From positions 1 through 59,668 of the IMG/VR virus record IMGVR_UViG_3300031862_000785: a stretch of 59,668 nucleotides of DNA. The stretch is one strand, 5' to 3'. Shown here one piece after another: positions 8,650 through 18,213 of the stretch. The stretch's first letter is position 1. Every line of letters begins with the position of its first letter. Origin of the DNA: a virus (taxonomy: Duplodnaviria; Caudoviricetes). The notes below the pieces were generated by a model. That model worked only from the letters and a program-made list of their open reading frames with translations. It searched no databases and was not told the DNA's origin. Made by a program: the position numbers and the translations under genes.

Positions 8650-10274
8650 GAATCCCTCCAACATTCGAAATCCACGTCGTGCGCCCACACGCCCGCGCCC
8701 TCGTCGTAGTGGGTGCGAATCCCCGTGATGATCGCGTCTGCCAAGTCAGGGCAGTCGCCGGGCAGATTGGTGAGGGCGACCTTCTGGCCTTTGCGGTAAG
8801 AGAACGGCCGGGGCCAGAACAGGCTCACCGTGTAAAGCCACTTACCGCTCTCGGCGGCCAGGTCATCGGCGATAGCCTGGCAGATCGTGCCGCCAACCAG
8901 GTTCTCGTTGCGATAGACCTTCGGGATGCTGCCTCCGCCGTCGGCAGTGCCCTGATACTGCGCGGTGTGCTCGGTCTTCTTCAGGTCGCCCGGCGCGCTC
9001 TTGTCGGGCTTCTCGTCCCACTTGCCCTCGGGGTCAGGAGCCTGGCGCACGCTGGACTGCAGCACGCCCGGCGACTGCTCCCATTTCGGGAAGCCCTTCT
9101 TCACCGTCTCGGTACCGTCGGCGGCGACCTTGAACTCCGTGGTGACGGTGCGCACGTCGGTGGGAGTGATCTGCTCGAAGCGGGTGACCACATGGCTGGT
9201 CTTTTTCAGCGTGCCGTCGTCCTGATACTCACTGGTGCGTTCGTCTCGCAGCACCAGCCGCCACTGGCCGTCATAGCCGAACGAGATCTCCTTGCGGCCC
9301 CGCTTCGGCGTCGCTTTGTGTAGGTCGCGCTCCTCCAGCACCTCGCTCTTCTTCAGCACCCGCCCCAGCCAGTGGCCCTCGGCGTCTGTCACGTCCTCAT
9401 AGGTGAGGTCTTCGGTCTCCCTGGTGATCACGACGAACTCGCCGTTGCCCTGGACAATGCCGGTCTCCACTACTCGGTGAGTAGGCGATTCCTCCGTAAT
9501 GCGAACGCTCGCCTGCGGCTCGCCCTCCCCGGTCTCGCCGGAGCCGGCCTTCGATTCCTTCGTCTCATGCTCGTAGGTGGTGAGATAGACGTAGGTGGCC
9601 CCGTAGACCGTGACCTGGCCCACCGCCGGCTGCCGGGCGCGGCGGATGCTCCTAACCTGGCCCAGGGAGCAGTCAATCGTGCCGGCGTTGGGGCCATTGC
9701 CGCGCCGTCGCACCACGAGGTTCTCTCCGTCAACGTAGGCGTCGGCGTAGTAGCGCTGGTTGGCGCGCAGCGGCTCCAGCAGGCGGCTGATGGCCTGGCT
9801 TGCTGACTCCTCGGGCTGGAGCGTGAATGAGGTGAGCGTGTAGTTCGGCGCGTCCCAGATCAGCCACAGCCCCACCAGCTGGGCGATGGTCTTCGCCAAG
9901 CTGCGCGCTGATGGGTACGCGAACTCCTTCGGCTCATCATCGGGCCAGGTGCCGAAGCCATATCCCTCCTGCGCCCGCTCCTCGATCAGCAGCGCCGCTT
10001 TGTCCCGCCCGTGAATCCGCGCCCGCCAAGAGGATTCGGTTGCCTCCAGCGCGCACTCGTCCACGCGGAAGAGGCCGTAGTCGAGCAGCCCGGAGCCGTT
10101 CAGCCCCAGGCGCACGCGGATCAGGTCGCCCTGGTCGAGGGTGCGCCAGGCCTGCGCGACAGGCGAAGCCGGCGCGGCGGAGTCCTCCTCGACCAGGGAG
10201 AGGTCGAGCGAATCCGCGAGGTTCCCCAGGCGGGAGTCGATCTCACAGGTTATCGGTTTGACAGTGATCGCCAT
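8646..10274 (-). CDS. Baseplate hub/Tal-like tail protein
   Basis: Position after the tape measure; G.FRVDE...IHGRD.AALL pattern of hub proteins. Confidence 0.6.
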   Translation of the reverse strand: MAITVKPITCEIDSRLGNLADSLDLSLVEEDSAAPASPVAQAWRTLDQGDLIRVRLGLNGSGLLDYGLFRVDECALEATESSWRARIHGRDKAALLIEERAQEGYGFGTWPDDEPKEFAYPSARSLAKTIAQLVGLWLIWDAPNYTLTSFTLQPEESASQAISRLLEPLRANQRYYADAYVDGENLVVRRRGNGPNAGTIDCSLGQVRSIRRARQPAVGQVTVYGATYVYLTTYEHETKESKAGSGETGEGEPQASVRITEESPTHRVVETGIVQGNGEFVVITRETEDLTYEDVTDAEGHWLGRVLKKSEVLEERDLHKATPKRGRKEISFGYDGQWRLVLRDERTSEYQDDGTLKKTSHVVTRFEQITPTDVRTVTTEFKVAADGTETVKKGFPKWEQSPGVLQSSVRQAPDPEGKWDEKPDKSAPGDLKKTEHTAQYQGTADGGGSIPKVYRNENLVGGTICQAIADDLAAESGKWLYTVSLFWPRPFSYRKGQKVALTNLPGDCPDLADAIITGIRTHYDEGAGVWAHDVDFECWRDS

Positions 10275-10283
10275 TCGTGTCGC

Positions 10284-10529
10284 CTATAAGAAGGTCACCT
10301 CGGCGGTCGGCGCGAGCACCTTCGCCTGCGCTTCGGCTTCAAAGTTCTGGTTCACGACGTTCGCCAGCAGCAGGACGCTGTCAGTCAGCAGCGGCATCAC
10401 ATGCGCTTCCAGCGCCACTGAGTCAGTAATCCGGTCGTTGAACACCTCCATATCCAGTCGCACCTGGTCGGTGAGGCGAGGGATGACTGAGGCCACCAGT
10501 TCGAGTTGGTCGGTCAATCCAGGCATCAC
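10284..10529 (-). CDS. Hypothetical tail-region protein
   Basis: 81-aa ORF coupled to the upstream gene; repeated LTDQ/ITDS/LTDS units. Confidence 0.6.
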   Translation of the reverse strand: MMPGLTDQLELVASVIPRLTDQVRLDMEVFNDRITDSVALEAHVMPLLTDSVLLLANVVNQNFEAEAQAKVLAPTAEVTFL

Positions 10530-11236
10530 GCTTCCTCAAACTGCACATAGGCCCGTCGCGGATTGCCTACCTGGGTCGTCCCGCCAGGCACGTTGTAGCG
10601 CATCCAGCACGGGGCGTAGTCGCCCACCGCCATGTTGCCGATGGTGATGTTGGCGGTTCCCCAAGTGCCCGGCGAGCCAGAGGTGTTGAGCGTCGGAGCA
10701 TTCGCCCCCAGACTCGCATCGGGAATCTGGTCGAGATAAGAGGTCGTGCTGTTGTCGTTGATGGTGGTGACCAGTTTCTTCTGCCCGCCGCCGACCGCGC
10801 TGCGATAGATTTTCCGCGCTGTCGTGCCGCTCGGCCCAATAGGGATGTTGCTGAGCTGCACGCGCTGGTTACCGGAACTGGTCGTGATCTCCGCCTGCGT
10901 CCCTGGCGTCGTCCCGCCGTTGGCGGTTACGAAGGTGATGCCGTACTGGTAGAGGCCGATGCCGAGTTCCGTTCCGGCCGCCAGCGTCAGCGTCGGCGCG
11001 CCGGGAGGACTCAGGGGCGCGTCCTGGGCGATCTGGAGGAAATTCAGGCCGTCATTCGCCCCGCTCTGCACGCGCCGGAAGCGGCAGTTCTGCAGGGCCT
11101 CGGAAGCCGTGGACGTGTTCTTCCACCAGACGCGGCGCGGCGTGGTCTGCGCGCCGTCGAGGACGCTCCCCTCGTCATAGGAGCTCTGGGCGGGGGTTAC
11201 CCCGTCGCTCTCGTACTTCGTGACCTGCTTTGCCAT
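10526..11236 (-). CDS. Tail protein with FN3-like domain
   Basis: YQYGITFV...IPIGPSGTTARKIYRS...INDNSTTSYLD; GGAG RBS. Confidence 0.7.
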   Translation of the reverse strand: MAKQVTKYESDGVTPAQSSYDEGSVLDGAQTTPRRVWWKNTSTASEALQNCRFRRVQSGANDGLNFLQIAQDAPLSPPGAPTLTLAAGTELGIGLYQYGITFVTANGGTTPGTQAEITTSSGNQRVQLSNIPIGPSGTTARKIYRSAVGGGQKKLVTTINDNSTTSYLDQIPDASLGANAPTLNTSGSPGTWGTANITIGNMAVGDYAPCWMRYNVPGGTTQVGNPRRAYVQFEEA

Positions 11237-11300
11237 CGTCTCCCTCTCTCACATTGCCCGCGTTTCGCCGCACGTTGCCCTGTGTGCGGCGGTTCGCCCG

Positions 11301-11675
11301 TCAGGCGACCACCTGCACCACATCCAGCAGCATCTCACCCCGGTACGCGTCGTGGCCCCGGATGCGCTCCGGACTCAGCGCGCGGAAGAAGACTCGATAC
11401 TCGTGTCCCTTGTGATCGACCCACTTCCAGACCTGAGCAGTCACTGCGAACTTGGCCTTGAGCGCGTCCAACGTCACTTGCGTCATCCAGTCCGTCCGCA
11501 GCCTGATTTGCCGGTCAACATCCTTGGCCCCGAAGTCCTGCCACACGCGGCTGCCGCCGAAGGTGGCATGCGATGAGGCCCGCCGCTCTGTGGGCCCGTC
11601 GTCATAGGAGACCGGGTCCTCGTCCAGGTAGGTCTTCTCGGTGTCATCAGGCTTGCTCATGTAGCAGGCAGCCAC
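11301..11675 (-). CDS. Putative distal tail protein
   Basis: 124-aa ORF immediately downstream of the tape measure gene. Confidence 0.55.
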   Translation of the reverse strand: MAACYMSKPDDTEKTYLDEDPVSYDDGPTERRASSHATFGGSRVWQDFGAKDVDRQIRLRTDWMTQVTLDALKAKFAVTAQVWKWVDHKGHEYRVFFRALSPERIRGHDAYRGEMLLDVVQVVA

Positions 11676-11678
11676 TGG

Positions 11679-14600
11679 TCAGTCCCTGGCGTAGGTGTGT
11701 TCGCGTTCCAGCATCTCGGCGAGCTGGTCGGCGATGCGGCTGATGTCCGTCCCCGCAGTGACCTGCCGACCGCCGATGTAGAAGTTGTAGGTGCGCGCCG
11801 CCGCAGGCGTAGGCCCTGCAGCCGCTGCTGCGCCTGCAAGCGCGGGCTGGAGTCTCACGGAGGCGAGCGCCTGCAGCCGCTGCTGGAGGGCGTCGAAGAC
11901 CTGCTGGGCGACCTGCACGATCTGCCCGCCGGTCTGGGAGAGCTGCTCGCGCAGGGTCTTCTGCTCAGTCTCGATCTGCTTGAGGGTCTCCGCGTGCTGG
12001 CGTTGACGCTCCTCGAAGGCGGCTCTGTCCTGCGCCGCCAGTTCCTCCTTCGCGCGCTTCATCTCGGAGAAGGTTGATTCGAGGGCCGCGGTCGCCGCAG
12101 GCTCGGGCATTTCCCCGGCCTGCGCCATCTCCAGGATCAGTTGGCGCTCGCGCTCCAGAGAGTCCAGTCGCTCCTGCGCGCTGAGCTGCTCTTGGGCGCG
12201 TCGCTGCTGCAGCGCGGCAAGCTCGTCGGCCGCGATGCGAGCCATTGTCTCCTGGTCTTCCTCGCCCGTGATGCGCGCGAGATCACGTCGGTGCTGGAAG
12301 CTCAGGTCAATCAGGGAGAGTTCGTATTCGTGCAGGCGGCGGCGCTGCTCCAGTTCCTCCTGCGACCACTGCTTGCGCGCATCGGCGAGCTTCTTTTCGT
12401 CCGCCGTCAACTCGCGCTGGATGCGCTGGCGCTCGGAGAAGATGGTCTGCGCCAGGCGCAGTTCTTCTTGTTGGAAGAGTCGGCTCTGCCCGGCCTCGGC
12501 CCGGGCCGCGTTTACCTGGCGAATGAGTTCGAGAACGCGGGAGAGCTGCGCGAGATACTCACCAGTCTGCAGGCGGTCGGCCTGACGCATCCCCTCAAGC
12601 GCAGCGATCCACGAAGAGACGATCTGGTCGGCGCTCTGCTCGAAGATGCGAGCGCGCTCCTCGGCCTCCTGCTTCGCGAGTTCAGCCGTCTTGGCAGCCA
12701 GGAACTGCCGCCGGGCGATCTCCGCCTTCGCCGCGTCCTCGCCTGCGGCGATCAGTTGGCTCTTGATCGCCTGGGCTTCGGACTCGATTTGCTGAAGGCG
12801 AACGCGGTGGATGCGCTCCCTGGCTCCGGCAATCTGGTCTTCATGGCCGATCAGCGCCTCGACCAGCTTCTGCTCGGCCTGGAGAACGATGTCCTTGCGC
12901 TCTCGCTCGTAAGCGGCAATGGCCGCGAGCCGGTATTGCCTGGCCGCTTCCTCTGCCTCCTCGCCTCGACCCGCGGCCAGGTACTTCTCCTTGACCGCCT
13001 GGGCTTCGAGTTCGATCTGGCGCATCCGCGCCTCGTGGTTGCGGCTCTGGAGTTCCAGCAGCTTGATCTCGGCTTCCTGGATGTCCTTGCTGGCCTCTCG
13101 CTCTGCCGCAGCCCGGGCCGCTGCCGCCCACCGCGCCGCCTGCGCCCTCGCTTCCTCGGGCTTCATCCCGGCCTCGGCCAGGTCTTTCTCCAGCGTCTGC
13201 GCCTCCTCGGCGATCTGCTTCATGCGCGCCGCGTGCGCCTCGCCGCGGAAACGCGCCAGTTCCTGCTCGATCTGCTTGAGCTTGGCGGTGCGGGCTTCCT
13301 GGCTTTGCTGGGCCTTCTCTGCTCCCTCGACCTTCTGCTTGTACTGGTTCATCTGCGCGAGGAAGCGATCCATGTCCTGGGTGCGATAGCCCGCCCACTC
13401 CATCATCCGGCTCCAGAAAGAAGGCGTATTGATCTCCTCCAGCCGCACCTTGACCTTGAAGGCGCGCCTGTCCAGATCGAGCAGCGTCTGGGAGAACTCC
13501 TTGCCCATGCGATCGGCCTCGGAGAACTGGCGGTAGAGCAGAGTCAGGCCGACGGTGATCGCGGCGAATCCCAACGCCCCGCCCCGCAGGCTGGAAAGCA
13601 GGGCCGCGCCTGCAGCCTTCGCGCCGGCTGCCAGCTTGCCCAGCGACAGTCCGGTCAGGTTGATCTGCACGTTGGCGCTGGCCATGCTCGTCATCATCTG
13701 GCGCATCGCGCCGACCAGTCCGCCGGAGAGAACTACGGCCTCTTTCAGGTAGGCGTTGTAGAGGATGAAGGCGGCTGTGAGCGAGGCGAATCCGGCCGCC
13801 AGCAGCGCCACCACCGCGAGGATGGTGCGCAGAGGCGCGGGGATCGCCTCGGCCATCTGCACCACGGTCTTCAGCACCTCCGCCAGCGCCTTGAGCACGG
13901 GCAGGAAGGTCGACCCCACCTGCACCATGAAGGCTCTCATACCAGCCCAGGTCTTTGCCCATTGCACCTGGAAGGACTTGCTCTGCTCGGCGAAGGCGGC
14001 GGCCGACGCCCCGGTCGCCTGCGCCATTGCCTGCACGTCCTCGGAAAACTCCTTTCCTCCCTGCGAAGCAATGGCCAGCGCACCCCTCAGAGCGCGCACG
14101 TTCGGAAAGAGTTGAGCCATGGACTCGGTCGCCATTCCCGAGCGCTGCGCCACCAGGGCCATGACCTCCGCGTCGGAGGCCCCGGCCTTCTGCATCGCGT
14201 CCAGGTCATCCGCACCCAGCTTCAGCGCAGCGGCCATCTCCTGCACTACGCCGCCCAGCCCCTTGGCGGCGAGGTTGGTGGCGGTCAGCTGGATGCCGAG
14301 CTTGGTGGCGGCAGCCTTGGCCTGCTCCGACGGCGAGATGAACGACAACAACACCTGGTTCAAGGAGGTGACCGCCTCTGCTGGCACGACGCCGGCGCGG
14401 GTCATAGTGGCGATAGCCGCACCCACATCCTCAATGGGAACCTTCGCCTGCGCGGCGGTGGAGATCACGTCACCGATGTTCTGAGCGAGTTCCCCGAAAG
14501 TCAGGACACCCCGCTCCACCGTCTTGAAGAGCACGTCCGAGACTCTCCCAGCGTCATCCGCGCTAAGTCCATAAGCGTTGAGCACGGCGGTGATCGCTCG

Positions 14601-15023
14601 GCTGGCAGTGGCGGTGTCAGTGATCCCCGCAGTGGCAGCAATTGCAGAAGCCTCCAGCACCTTCAGGCCCTCCGCGCCGTTGAAACCGGAGGAGGCGATG
14701 TCGTAGAGGCCGCGAGCCAGGACTTCAGGAGCCTGCCCTACCTTGCCGGAGAGCGCGAGCACAGATTCCGACAACGCGCGGAAGGCGGGTTCGCTCTCCT
14801 TCAGGATGGAGTTGACATTGCGCATCTCGGCCTCGAACTCTGCCGAGGCCTTCACTGCCAGCGCCATGCCGCCGGCCACCGCCGCGCCGAAGCCGGCCAG
14901 CATCGCGCTGGCCCTCATGGTTGCGCCGCTGTATTGCTCCAGGAGGGAATTGGCCTTTCCCAGCCCCTCCCGGAAGTTGGTCATGTCCAACCGCAGTTGC
15001 GCGGTGATGGCTCCGACAGTCAT
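11679..15023 (-). CDS. Tail tape measure protein (TP901-like)
   Basis: 1114 aa, Ala-rich; FEAEMRNV, GLYDIASSG, LNAYGL...VSDVLFKTV.RG core; hydrophobic segment; long coiled coil. Confidence 0.93.
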   Translation of the reverse strand: MTVGAITAQLRLDMTNFREGLGKANSLLEQYSGATMRASAMLAGFGAAVAGGMALAVKASAEFEAEMRNVNSILKESEPAFRALSESVLALSGKVGQAPEVLARGLYDIASSGFNGAEGLKVLEASAIAATAGITDTATASRAITAVLNAYGLSADDAGRVSDVLFKTVERGVLTFGELAQNIGDVISTAAQAKVPIEDVGAAIATMTRAGVVPAEAVTSLNQVLLSFISPSEQAKAAATKLGIQLTATNLAAKGLGGVVQEMAAALKLGADDLDAMQKAGASDAEVMALVAQRSGMATESMAQLFPNVRALRGALAIASQGGKEFSEDVQAMAQATGASAAAFAEQSKSFQVQWAKTWAGMRAFMVQVGSTFLPVLKALAEVLKTVVQMAEAIPAPLRTILAVVALLAAGFASLTAAFILYNAYLKEAVVLSGGLVGAMRQMMTSMASANVQINLTGLSLGKLAAGAKAAGAALLSSLRGGALGFAAITVGLTLLYRQFSEADRMGKEFSQTLLDLDRRAFKVKVRLEEINTPSFWSRMMEWAGYRTQDMDRFLAQMNQYKQKVEGAEKAQQSQEARTAKLKQIEQELARFRGEAHAARMKQIAEEAQTLEKDLAEAGMKPEEARAQAARWAAAARAAAEREASKDIQEAEIKLLELQSRNHEARMRQIELEAQAVKEKYLAAGRGEEAEEAARQYRLAAIAAYERERKDIVLQAEQKLVEALIGHEDQIAGARERIHRVRLQQIESEAQAIKSQLIAAGEDAAKAEIARRQFLAAKTAELAKQEAEERARIFEQSADQIVSSWIAALEGMRQADRLQTGEYLAQLSRVLELIRQVNAARAEAGQSRLFQQEELRLAQTIFSERQRIQRELTADEKKLADARKQWSQEELEQRRRLHEYELSLIDLSFQHRRDLARITGEEDQETMARIAADELAALQQRRAQEQLSAQERLDSLERERQLILEMAQAGEMPEPAATAALESTFSEMKRAKEELAAQDRAAFEERQRQHAETLKQIETEQKTLREQLSQTGGQIVQVAQQVFDALQQRLQALASVRLQPALAGAAAAAGPTPAAARTYNFYIGGRQVTAGTDISRIADQLAEMLEREHTYARD

Positions 15024-15424
15024 GCGCGCTTCTCCGCCTCCGCCCGAGCTACGGCGGACGAGTCTCGTCGCCGATCAGTCAGCCCCATTGATCGCGCCAG
15101 TTCTTCGGGCTCCGGTCGTCTCTCCACGCCCGCCTCCCTGCGCAGCCTGCGCACCGCAGAGCGCAGCGCCTGGAAAGCCTTCTTGCCTCCCTGCGAGGCG
15201 GCCGCCGCGATGTACGTCAACTCGGCCTCCTCGGCCAGCCGCAAGGCTCGTCTGCGGCGAATGCAGTCGGCCCACACCAACGCCTGCGCCGGGGTCACGT
15301 GCCAGAGGATGTACTCGTGCGTCCATCCATACTCGCTCTGCAGCAGATCGAACGCGCCCGCCCAGCCCAGACTTACGGAATCGCCGTCGTCTTCGCGAGC
15401 TGGAGGGCGCGCCCCACGTTTTTT
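15020..15424 (-). CDS. Tail assembly chaperone GT extension (reached by -1 frameshift)
   Basis: The -1 frame from the slippery site reads RGARPPAREDDGDSVSLGWAGAFDLLQSEYGWTHEYILWH straight into ORF 15020..15298. Confidence 0.75.
   Translation of the reverse strand, partial: KKRGARPPAREDDGDSVSLGWAGAFDLLQSEYGWTHEYILWHVTPAQALVWADCIRRRRALRLAEEAELTYIAAAASQGGKKAFQALRSAVRRLRREAGVERRPEPEELARSMGLTDRRRDSSAVARAEAEKRA
15034..15064. repeat. REP-like hairpin, family A
   Basis: Minus strand TCCGCCGTAGCTCGGGCGGAGGCGG, in the 3' end of the GT chaperone gene. Confidence 0.55.
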
Positions 15425-15786
15425 CGGATGTCCGGAAGCTGATTGACCTCCAGCGCGGCGGCAATGATCTGGGCCGCCTGCGCCAGGGTCAGGTGCTCGT
15501 CAAGGTAGGACTCCTCGACCCCGAAGAGCCGCTGGAAGAGTCGCCCGACGGCCTCGCCCAGGATCGGGAAGATCGCCTCCAGGTGCTCGTCGGGTTTGGC
15601 GAGATCAATCTCTGGATGCTCTCGCGCCACCCGCTGCGCTATCGCGCCCAGATCGGCGGCAATGCGCTTGAAGTCGCCGATCACCAGGGGACGCACCACG
15701 ATCTCGCGCTCGCCCACCTGGAAGCGGCGCACCTGGGGCATTACGACTTCATCTGGCGTCGGTGGCTTGATGTCTGTGTCTGTCAT
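15373..15786 (-). CDS. Tail assembly chaperone G
   Basis: MTDTDIK start at 15786 with GGAGG RBS; lies between tail tube and tape measure. Confidence 0.8.
   Translation of the reverse strand: MTDTDIKPPTPDEVVMPQVRRFQVGEREIVVRPLVIGDFKRIAADLGAIAQRVAREHPEIDLAKPDEHLEAIFPILGEAVGRLFQRLFGVEESYLDEHLTLAQAAQIIAAALEVNQLPDIRKNVGRALQLAKTTAIP
15418..15424 (-). other. -1 programmed ribosomal frameshift slippery heptamer A AAA AAC
   Basis: CGA AAA AAC in the G frame, X XXY YYZ phase. Confidence 0.8.
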
Positions 15787-15855
15787 GCTCTTCGTTGCCT
15801 CCGCAGGTCTATGACCGGGGACAGCCAGGCGATGCTGCGAGCCGCCTGTCGTAGA

Positions 15856-15881
15856 CACTCCATAGCCTTGGCGACGGAGTG
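15856..15881. repeat. REP-like hairpin, family A
   Basis: CACTCCATAGCCTTGGCGACGGAGTG, intergenic. Confidence 0.6.
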
Positions 15882-15923
15882 CGAAGCCCGGCTGCCCCCG
15901 GCTCATCTGGTCATGCGTTCACG

Positions 15924-16742
15924 CTACGCCGTGTACTCCTCCCACCGTCCGACCTGGTCGCCGGCGGGCCGGCTGGTATCCGCGAGCACTGTGAGCTGGA
16001 TGGGCAGGTCAACCTGCTCCTCCTTGCTCCAGGAGAGCGTGCCCGAGGCCAGCACCGCGCACCGGTAGAAGGTGAGGGCGAACTTCTTGCCCGAACCGGC
16101 GGGCAGCACCAGCATCACCGACTTCTCGGTGATAGCCGTGTCGCCGCCGAAGGTCAAACGCCGTCGCCCGGTGCCCAGGTCCTCGATGGAGGCCGAGATT
16201 CCCCACACCTCCTTGATATGCTCGAGCGTCACTTCCGCCAGCGGCACCGCGAGCGAGAACGTCTCGCCCGCCTTGATGGTGCGCACCGGCAGCAGCGACT
16301 GATCCACCTCGATGTCCGAGGTCTCGAGGCCGTACTCGACATCGAGGGAGCCGTGGGTGTGGCCCATGAACAGCCCCTCGATATAGAGCTCCTCCACCGC
16401 TCCCTTGATCACGTCATCGGGCGCGAACGCGCCAGCGGCATAGAAGAAGAGCGCCTGGGCGACGGAACCGTCCGGCGTGGTCTCTCCGGAGTCGGAGACG
16501 CCAACGTCGTTGAGGCCGTTGTCCCAGCCGTCGGTGTTGGCCGCGTCGATGGCGATGGTGAGTTCCGTCGCCGAGACGAAGGTCACCCGCGCTGGGTCAA
16601 CGTTCTCCCAGGCGGTCTGGCCGTGCTTACGGTGGTAGACCTTGGTCTCGCTCGGCGCGTCCAGGAAGCCCGTGCCGATGACCTTGATCGCCGAGTCTCC
16701 CGCTTTCGCGTAGCTCGGGTATACGTCGGTGATGGTTGCCAC
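15924..16742 (-). CDS. Major tail tube protein with N-terminal IPT/TIG-like domain
   Basis: ITDVYPS...GD..IKVIGTGF...VTFVSATELT, then a tail-tube fold (GHTHGS, VDQ, LAEVTLEHI). Confidence 0.8.
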   Translation of the reverse strand: MATITDVYPSYAKAGDSAIKVIGTGFLDAPSETKVYHRKHGQTAWENVDPARVTFVSATELTIAIDAANTDGWDNGLNDVGVSDSGETTPDGSVAQALFFYAAGAFAPDDVIKGAVEELYIEGLFMGHTHGSLDVEYGLETSDIEVDQSLLPVRTIKAGETFSLAVPLAEVTLEHIKEVWGISASIEDLGTGRRRLTFGGDTAITEKSVMLVLPAGSGKKFALTFYRCAVLASGTLSWSKEEQVDLPIQLTVLADTSRPAGDQVGRWEEYTA

Positions 16743-16763
16743 GTCATTTCCTCCTTGCCCCGC

Positions 16764-17165
16764 CTACGAAGACGGCCTCCGCAGGTCGAGGGCGATGTTG
16801 AAAGATGCGAGGTGCGCAGTCTGGTTGGCTGCCTGCTCCGTGCCTGTGTATGCGGGGCTGGCCACCGCCTCGATGGTGAGCGCCCACAGGCCCCCGCCGA
16901 GGTCCAGGTTCTGCTTGCGGTGCAGCCTGCCGTAGAGGCTGTAAGCCTTCCGCAGGGCTGCATCCGGAGTCGCCGCCCGCGCGAAGAGCATTACTGTGGG
17001 ATGTTCGCGCTCCGTGTAGCGGTCGGGCGGATAGCCTCCGGTGGCGTGCAGGCTGACGCAGGCAAGCGGCGAGGAGGGCCGGTGGAGCTTGAACAGATCT
17101 GTCCCAACCGTTCCCTCGCCCTGGCTCTCCAGGTAGACGGCCAGTTGATCAATGAGCAGACTCAT
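16764..17165 (-). CDS. Tail terminator/neck protein
   Basis: LAVYLES.G.GTVGTDLF...TGG..P...P.V, in the usual synteny. Confidence 0.7.
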   Translation of the reverse strand: MSLLIDQLAVYLESQGEGTVGTDLFKLHRPSSPLACVSLHATGGYPPDRYTEREHPTVMLFARAATPDAALRKAYSLYGRLHRKQNLDLGGGLWALTIEAVASPAYTGTEQAANQTAHLASFNIALDLRRPSS

Positions 17166-17665
17166 GCGAGCGCCCCTCGCAGATGGTCGTTCAGGTTGCC
17201 CTGGTAGCGGTCGGCCTGCTCCTTGAGGTTGTCCTCCAGGTACTTGGCCTTCCCGCCCTTGGGATGGTTGAAGTCCAGGCGCTCGTGCTGAACGAGCGCA
17301 TATGGTGTGTTGAAACCCACCTCGCCTACCACCGCGTCTCCCATGCCGCCCTCGACCACCTTGCGCTCCACCATCTCCGGAGCCTCGGGCTGTCCGCTAA
17401 CCTCACGGAAGCCGCGTCTCGCGACGGCCCTGCCATTCGCATAGACCGCGGCCGAGCCGCTTGCCCGCAGTGTCCCCTCGTCAACCGGAGCGTCTCGCAT
17501 GGCGCGGCCAAGCAAGTCCTCGGTGTTCTCGATCATGCCTTTGACCGCGGCCTGCTGGACGCGCTGCCACACCTCGCCGTCACGAGCGAGCTGGCGCGAG
17601 AGTTCCTCCAGCCCCTTGAGGGCGACTCCGAACTTGCCGTAGGTTTGGCGGCGGATGGTGGGCAT
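17162..17665 (-). CDS. HK97 gp10-like neck protein
   Basis: APVDEGTLRASG, FNTPYALVQHE, HPKGGKAKYLE. Confidence 0.8.
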   Translation of the reverse strand: MPTIRRQTYGKFGVALKGLEELSRQLARDGEVWQRVQQAAVKGMIENTEDLLGRAMRDAPVDEGTLRASGSAAVYANGRAVARRGFREVSGQPEAPEMVERKVVEGGMGDAVVGEVGFNTPYALVQHERLDFNHPKGGKAKYLEDNLKEQADRYQGNLNDHLRGALA

Positions 17666-17669
17666 GGGA

Positions 17670-17855
17670 TTATCCCTTGGGGACAAAACTCCCGAAGCGC
17701 GCCTTGATCAGGTCGCGCACGGCCTCGATAGCCAGCACCGCCGCGCCGGCCCACCAGGCTTGCACCGAGTGGATGTCGGCCGCCCACACGCCGAGAGCGG
17801 CGAGCGCGCCGACAACAAGGCCCTTGCTCAGGGTCAATTTCCAGTTGAGTCCCAT
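17670..17855 (-). CDS. Small two-TM membrane protein (holin-like)
   Basis: 61 aa, two hydrophobic helices, GGAGG RBS. Confidence 0.6.
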   Translation of the reverse strand: MGLNWKLTLSKGLVVGALAALGVWAADIHSVQAWWAGAAVLAIEAVRDLIKARFGSFVPKG

Positions 17856-17877
17856 CTTGCGTTTCCTCCCTTTGAGC

Positions 17878-18183
17878 CTACAGGTAGGCCCGCTTCAGAG
17901 CCGCCTCGCCTCCCAGCCCGCGGGAGACAGAGAGCGCAATCACAGTCAGGTAGGTGGAGCCGTCGGCCGAGAGCTGATCTCCGACGGCCAGCACCGCTTC
18001 CGGGTCAAGGGTGACGGTGACTTCGGAGATCACCTGCTCTCCCTCGGCGTTTCGTACCAGGCGGCGCTTTTCCAGCCAGCGGCCAGCCAACTTGGCCGGA
18101 GTGCCGAAGGTGGGCTGGCCGTAGCCGTCCACCCCGGTCCGCGCACAGCACCAGATGTCCTGAGCAAGGTAATCGCCGACCAT
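17878..18183 (-). CDS. Head-closure (head-tail adaptor) protein
   Basis: DGYGQPTF...RLVRNAEGEQVIS; synteny. Confidence 0.7.
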   Translation of the reverse strand: MVGDYLAQDIWCCARTGVDGYGQPTFGTPAKLAGRWLEKRRLVRNAEGEQVISEVTVTLDPEAVLAVGDQLSADGSTYLTVIALSVSRGLGGEAALKRAYL

Positions 18184-18185
18184 AG

Positions 18186-18213
18186 TCCTACGAAGCCTCC
18201 TGGCGAAGTAGGA
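18186..18213. repeat. REP-like hairpin, family A
   Basis: TCCTACGAAGCCTCCTGGCGAAGTAGGA, intergenic. Confidence 0.5.

Noticed and set aside
5092-8688. Diversity-generating retroelement target in the tail fibre genes
   Set aside because: No reverse transcriptase and no TR/VR repeat pair seen; the FN3 repeats differ at all base types.
12141-15446. 1101-aa plus-strand ORF and similar long antisense ORFs (e.g. 38240..39964, 45274..46842, 25735..27177)
   Set aside because: They shadow real minus-strand genes at high GC and show no motifs, unlike the antisense endonuclease at 23549-24352.
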